From Candidatus Cloacimonadota bacterium (GTDB lineage: Bacteria; Cloacimonadota; Cloacimonadia; Cloacimonadales; WRIO01): a DNA stretch of 11,687 nt. The translations under genes and the position numbers were made by a program. Position 1 is the first letter of the stretch. The number at the start of each line of letters is the position of its first letter. Below, piece by piece: positions 7,576-11,687 of this stretch. The DNA is taken from assembly GCA_029564175.1 (NCBI GenBank), contig JAKQQL010000109.1, forward strand, positions 1 through 11,687. Reading direction: 5' to 3'. The notes under the pieces are model-generated. The model made no database searches, was not told the origin of the DNA, and saw only the letters and a program-made list of their open reading frames with translations.

Positions 7576-8565
7576 ATGAAACATCTAATCTATCTGTTGA
7601 TGCTGAGTCTGCTCCTAAATGCCTGTTCAAGCCTTCCAAAGCAAAGAATCATCAACAACCCTGTTCAGGAGCAAGCGTTACAGTTATCTGAAAAAGCCTC
7701 CCAGTTTGAAAAGATTAAAGCCTGGGATAAAGCGCTTACCTACTATCAGTATGCCCTTGAAAAATACAGGCTGACAGATGATGTACAGGGTGTGCTTGCC
7801 ACACAGATTTCTATAGCCCGTCAATACAAGCAGATGAATCAGAAATCTGATTATGATAATATCTGCCAGAAAATAGAAAGTACCCTGTCGATTAGCACAG
7901 GTAAAAATGATTTAGCCAATGAGTTTACACTTTTAAAAATAGAATATCTGTATCAGCTTTCGGAATATGATTCTTTATTATCTGTATTTCAAAGTATTCA
8001 AGAAGAAAATCAGGAGCATAGCCTTCGCAAACACAGTTGGGAATATCTTTCACTTTTTGAAACAAATAAAAATTTCAAGTCTAAAACAGAAGCACTCGAA
8101 TCAGAAGCAGATAAAGCACTCAAAGCATATAAAAAAAAACAATTTGAAAATATATCTGCGATTAGTTTTGCCTATTATACTTTAGGTTATGTTGCATATC
8201 ATCAGCGTAATGCCAGTCAGACTGATTATCAGAAAAGCATTCGCTATTTCCAGAAGGCATACGAAGCAGATGTCATCGACCAGAATTTCCATAATCTGGC
8301 GACAGACCTCTATTATTTTGCTTCAGCTTACCAGAAAATGAATGACCATAAAAATGCTGCCTGGTATTTTGAACGGGCAGGTCATGTTTATAAACAATGC
8401 AATGATCAGGAAAAAAGTGATTTTGCGTTTTTCTTTGCATATAAAAATCAATACCTTCAACAAAAAAGAGATGAAGATTTGCAAATTATAAATCAATTAC
8501 TTAAAAAAACTGAAAATACAGAGCTTGTACGTCTCATCGAAGAATGGTTAAAAACAATAAAATAA
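7576..8565 (+). CDS. Tetratricopeptide-repeat lipoprotein
   Basis: Lipobox LLNA-C16; TPR-like segments WDKALTYYQYALEKY, AYYTLGYVAY...YQKSIRYFQKAYEAD, YYFASAYQKMNDHKNAAWYFERA; starts 3 nt after the MCE stop. Confidence 0.82.
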   Translation: MKHLIYLLMLSLLLNACSSLPKQRIINNPVQEQALQLSEKASQFEKIKAWDKALTYYQYALEKYRLTDDVQGVLATQISIARQYKQMNQKSDYDNICQKIESTLSISTGKNDLANEFTLLKIEYLYQLSEYDSLLSVFQSIQEENQEHSLRKHSWEYLSLFETNKNFKSKTEALESEADKALKAYKKKQFENISAISFAYYTLGYVAYHQRNASQTDYQKSIRYFQKAYEADVIDQNFHNLATDLYYFASAYQKMNDHKNAAWYFERAGHVYKQCNDQEKSDFAFFFAYKNQYLQQKRDEDLQIINQLLKKTENTELVRLIEEWLKTIK

Positions 8566-8625
8566 ATCCAGATATTACTACTGATTTTTGCGAAGTGACA
8601 CTCTGATGATCATAAAGGAGTATGG

Positions 8626-11547
8626 ATGAAAAAAATCCTTCTTGTTAGTATCTTTATTTTTTTATATTTGTCATTATCCGCTATCGAACAATGGGAAAAC
8701 CCAAAATCTATCAGAGATTATAATGACCTGATTTATATGGGTAAAACGGCTGTTTTCCCGAATAGAGTCGCCACAGTCTGGACAGAATGTCAGGAGATTT
8801 ATGCACGCTGTTATGTGCAAATGATAACTGACAATGGAGAAAAACTCTGGGGTGAACAAGGCATACCAGTCATACAGACTCAGGCAAACCAATACTTTCC
8901 TACGATTATCAGTTCGGATAATAACTCTGTGATTGTCTGCTGGATGCAGGAACCGGAGAGTGCAAACGGTCTGATTACTGTCAGAGCACAGAAAATCAAT
9001 GCCAATGGTGAACTTTTATGGACTTCTCAAGGCATCGAATTACCTTATGACATTGACATCAATAAATCCTTTGGTATCTTGTCAGATCATCAGGGTGGTT
9101 TTTACTTCCTGCAAAATAAGTACATTCATTATGGAATAAAGCATTATAACAGTGCGGGTGAATATCTGGAGACGGTTTCGCTTGATATGCCTGAGGCTGG
9201 ACCTGAAAGATATATCCGCGAAATACAGTATGTTTCAGATTTAGGCTTTCTGGTGAGATATTCCAGTAATAGCAGATCATCTATCACTGCATTTGATAAT
9301 CAGGGAGAATGCCTGTGGGGGCATATCACTGTCAATCCGGATATTGATTATGGTCAAACGAAAATGATTGTAGATTCTGCCTATGTGTATGTATTTGGTT
9401 ATACTCATGTGAATGATTTATATGTTCAGAAGTATGATTATGCCGGTCAAAAACTGTTTGGTGATTCTCCCTTAATCCTTGCCCAAGTCTCTGATATCAG
9501 AGATCTTTTTATCTCTAGAAATGCTGATCGCTTTGCTCTGGCAATGGACGGATACTTCAACTCAAGGATCATGTGTGTTGACACGACAGGAGTCGTTCTT
9601 TGGTCAAACCCTGTGGACATTGACTACATGACTGAAAACATGACTCATGTCAGCATCAATGATAATCATCAGGTTTATCTCACAATTCTCTATAATAATT
9701 ACCAGTCTCTTGATCAGAATTGCCATCGTTTTCTAAAGTTCAGTGATACAGGATCTCTGCTCACAGAAGCGTCAGGCATTGTTTTCTCCGCTTCATCTGT
9801 CAGGACTCTCTATCCGGCAACCCATCTGATAAACAATCAACTGATCTGTATCTGGAAAGACTCTCATTTTGAAAGAATCAATGCCCAAATCATCAATGCT
9901 AGCGATGAAAACCAATATCCAACAGATCCGTTGAGCATTAAAAGTGCGATGAATAATCAAACGGGTAATTATAGATTTAACAGTAATGGCTTTCTGACTT
10001 ATGTCGTTTGGGAAGATCAAAGAAATTATGGCGTAAATTCCATCTACCTTCAGATTCTCGATCAAAACGGTAACGAACTGCTCCCTCGTAATGGCAAATT
10101 CATCGCTTCTAATTCAAATTATTTGCAGATCGTTGATACGGCAATAGACAATGAAGGACAGTTGATTGTCTGGTGGGCGAGCAATACTGATTCAACCACC
10201 CAGAGTCGTGTGCAAAAGATTAACGGAACAGGTGATTTTCTCTTTGATCTGGAGGGTTTGCTTATTTTTAATAGCGAGTTTATGGATACTTCTAGACATT
10301 CAATCAATATCTGTGGTTTCGATGATTTATATTTCTATACTTATGTGCTTATTGAAGATTTCTTCTGTTATATAATCGGACAGAGAGTCAATAATGGCAA
10401 TGTGACGTGGGAACCCGAAGGCAGAGAAATTGTGAATAATGTTTATACAGAAATAAGCTCTGCCAATATGATAAATACCCAGCTTTACCAGAATATGATA
10501 TTCTGGAATGACCAGTATATGGGAATGCCCCCTCGTCCTGATAGAATTATGTCATTAAAACTCGATGAAGAAGGCAATCCAGTCGCAGGCTGGGATCTAA
10601 GAGGAAAGACTATTTTTACATTTCCATATAATCATATTTTTGATTTTACTATCAGAGAAAAAGAGGGAAAAACAGATATTCTTTTTACCGATATTGATTA
10701 TAATTCTTATCAAAATGTGATTAAATACAATGCCCTGCTGGATAACGGGACACTTCTCTTAAATAACCCCCTGACTTTATTAACCGGATATAAATACAAC
10801 GTTCATCAGGCTTTTGGTATCATGGATCTCAACGTAACCATCAGGCAACAAAGTGCCAGTAGTGATGCTGATCGCTTTAAAACAATATCTTATTTAATCA
10901 ATAATAATTCCCTGACTCCGCTCTTTGACGAACCGGTCGATATCACTCAGGACTGGTTATATAACGAATGGAATTATGCATTGTCCTCTTCTTATGAAAA
11001 TACAGTCATGGCAGAAAGAAATGAAAAAAAACTCAATGTCAGTATATATGACCAATATGGGAATGACTTGCTCAATCAATATACAATCTATGAGAATAGA
11101 CATTGTAATCCTGCCAGATTGAATTTTTGCAAAATAAATGAAAATTACTCCCTTGTTTCTTGGAGTAATTATTCAAGTGTTTATGAAGATGGATTTTATA
11201 AAGGAATGCTGATTCAAAAGATTGCTACTACCGATTTCAGCCCTGCACAGGATATTACGCTTAATCCACTACCCTTCACTTTGAAACAGAACTATCCTAA
11301 TCCTTTCAACCCCAGCACCACGATCAGTTACCATCTCAAAAAAGAGGCAAAGATAGAACTGTCTATCTATAACATCAAAGGTCAGAAAGTCAAAACACTT
11401 GTCTCAGAAATTCAGCCTTCAGGAGAGCATCAGATTGTTTGGAATGGTCATGATCAGCAAGGGAAAGCTGTCTCTTCAGGAATCTATTTTTACAAACTCA
11501 GCAGTAATGATAAAAGTATCACACGAAAGATGATGTTAATCAAGTAA
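8626..11547 (+). CDS. Secreted repeat protein with C-terminal T9SS type A sorting / FlgD Ig-like domain
   Basis: Signal peptide MKKILLVSIFIFLYLSLSA; AAGGAG RBS at 8615-8620; repeated W....Y.Q.I...G..LW...G motifs; tail 11281-11547 LKQNYPNPFNPSTTISY...YNIKGQKVKTLV...SGIYFYKL...KMMLIK. Confidence 0.88.
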   Translation: MKKILLVSIFIFLYLSLSAIEQWENPKSIRDYNDLIYMGKTAVFPNRVATVWTECQEIYARCYVQMITDNGEKLWGEQGIPVIQTQANQYFPTIISSDNNSVIVCWMQEPESANGLITVRAQKINANGELLWTSQGIELPYDIDINKSFGILSDHQGGFYFLQNKYIHYGIKHYNSAGEYLETVSLDMPEAGPERYIREIQYVSDLGFLVRYSSNSRSSITAFDNQGECLWGHITVNPDIDYGQTKMIVDSAYVYVFGYTHVNDLYVQKYDYAGQKLFGDSPLILAQVSDIRDLFISRNADRFALAMDGYFNSRIMCVDTTGVVLWSNPVDIDYMTENMTHVSINDNHQVYLTILYNNYQSLDQNCHRFLKFSDTGSLLTEASGIVFSASSVRTLYPATHLINNQLICIWKDSHFERINAQIINASDENQYPTDPLSIKSAMNNQTGNYRFNSNGFLTYVVWEDQRNYGVNSIYLQILDQNGNELLPRNGKFIASNSNYLQIVDTAIDNEGQLIVWWASNTDSTTQSRVQKINGTGDFLFDLEGLLIFNSEFMDTSRHSINICGFDDLYFYTYVLIEDFFCYIIGQRVNNGNVTWEPEGREIVNNVYTEISSANMINTQLYQNMIFWNDQYMGMPPRPDRIMSLKLDEEGNPVAGWDLRGKTIFTFPYNHIFDFTIREKEGKTDILFTDIDYNSYQNVIKYNALLDNGTLLLNNPLTLLTGYKYNVHQAFGIMDLNVTIRQQSASSDADRFKTISYLINNNSLTPLFDEPVDITQDWLYNEWNYALSSSYENTVMAERNEKKLNVSIYDQYGNDLLNQYTIYENRHCNPARLNFCKINENYSLVSWSNYSSVYEDGFYKGMLIQKIATTDFSPAQDITLNPLPFTLKQNYPNPFNPSTTISYHLKKEAKIELSIYNIKGQKVKTLVSEIQPSGEHQIVWNGHDQQGKAVSSGIYFYKLSSNDKSITRKMMLIK

Positions 11548-11604
11548 CTCATGTTTCCGAGTTGTATAACTGATTAAAAAATAGTAAGATAGCAAAAATA
11601 AAGT

Positions 11605-11632
11605 TTGACAAAAAGTCTCCTTAAGTTATTGT
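11605..11632 (+). promoter_or_regulatory. Putative sigma70 promoter for the next gene
   Basis: TTGACA (11605-11610), 16 nt, TATTGT (11627-11632); AAGGAG RBS at 11658-11663. Confidence 0.6.
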
Positions 11633-11672
11633 TGTATTAGAAGTTAAACAAAACAAAAAGGAGACTCAATAA

Positions 11673-11687
11673 ATGAAAAATTCATTT
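11673..11687 (+). CDS. Start of a downstream CDS (MKNSF...), truncated by window edge
   Basis: ATG at 11673, 9 nt after AAGGAG, downstream of a putative promoter; only 5 codons visible. Confidence 0.65.

Noticed and set aside
624..11122. Short ORFs from the track (624, 1974, 5188, 6507, 6568, 7378, 7967, 8674, 9059, 9793, 10119, 10166, 10925)
   Set aside because: All overlap well-supported longer genes on another frame or strand, with no recognisable motifs; treated as shadow ORFs.
11546..11563. AACTC...GAGTT hairpin after the 973-aa gene
   Set aside because: 5-bp stem without a U tract; insufficient for a terminator call.
1..11687. CRISPR array, tRNA/rRNA, riboswitch, or compositional island
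   Set aside because: No regularly spaced repeats or RNA-gene signatures; intergenic gaps are short. Any GC shift in the 3' half was not quantified and cannot be supported by eye.

Overview
AT-rich bacterial chromosomal segment dominated by cell-envelope genes. The C-terminal 'QNYPNPFNPSTTISY...YNIKGQKVKTLV...W.G.D..G..VSSGIYFYKL...KMMLIK' sorting domain suggests an FCB-group organism, most likely Candidatus Cloacimonadota (inference). Gene order: 3' end of an MsbA/Sav1866-type ABC exporter (+) with terminator; convergent DUF2807/GIN-domain protein (-) with its own terminator; a divergent promoter region; a + strand cluster of two paralogous NTF2-like lipoproteins, ruvX, mltG and a histidine phosphatase; a stand-alone AAA-ATPase-like/PD-(D/E)XK nuclease gene; an MlaD/MCE protein coupled to a TPR lipoprotein; a 973-aa repeat protein with a T9SS type A/FlgD-Ig tail; and the first five codons of the next gene. 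I see no RNA genes, CRISPR arrays or transposases. No novel system can be proven from sequence alone. The best leads are the MCE + TPR-lipoprotein pair lacking permease/ATPase genes (with a 39-aa tandem duplication in the MCE stalk), the lipoprotein paralog pair on a probably leaderless transcript, a recurring TTGACA-N16 promoter architecture, and the ATPase-nuclease as a candidate defence/selfish gene. All family calls are by motif recognition, not database search.
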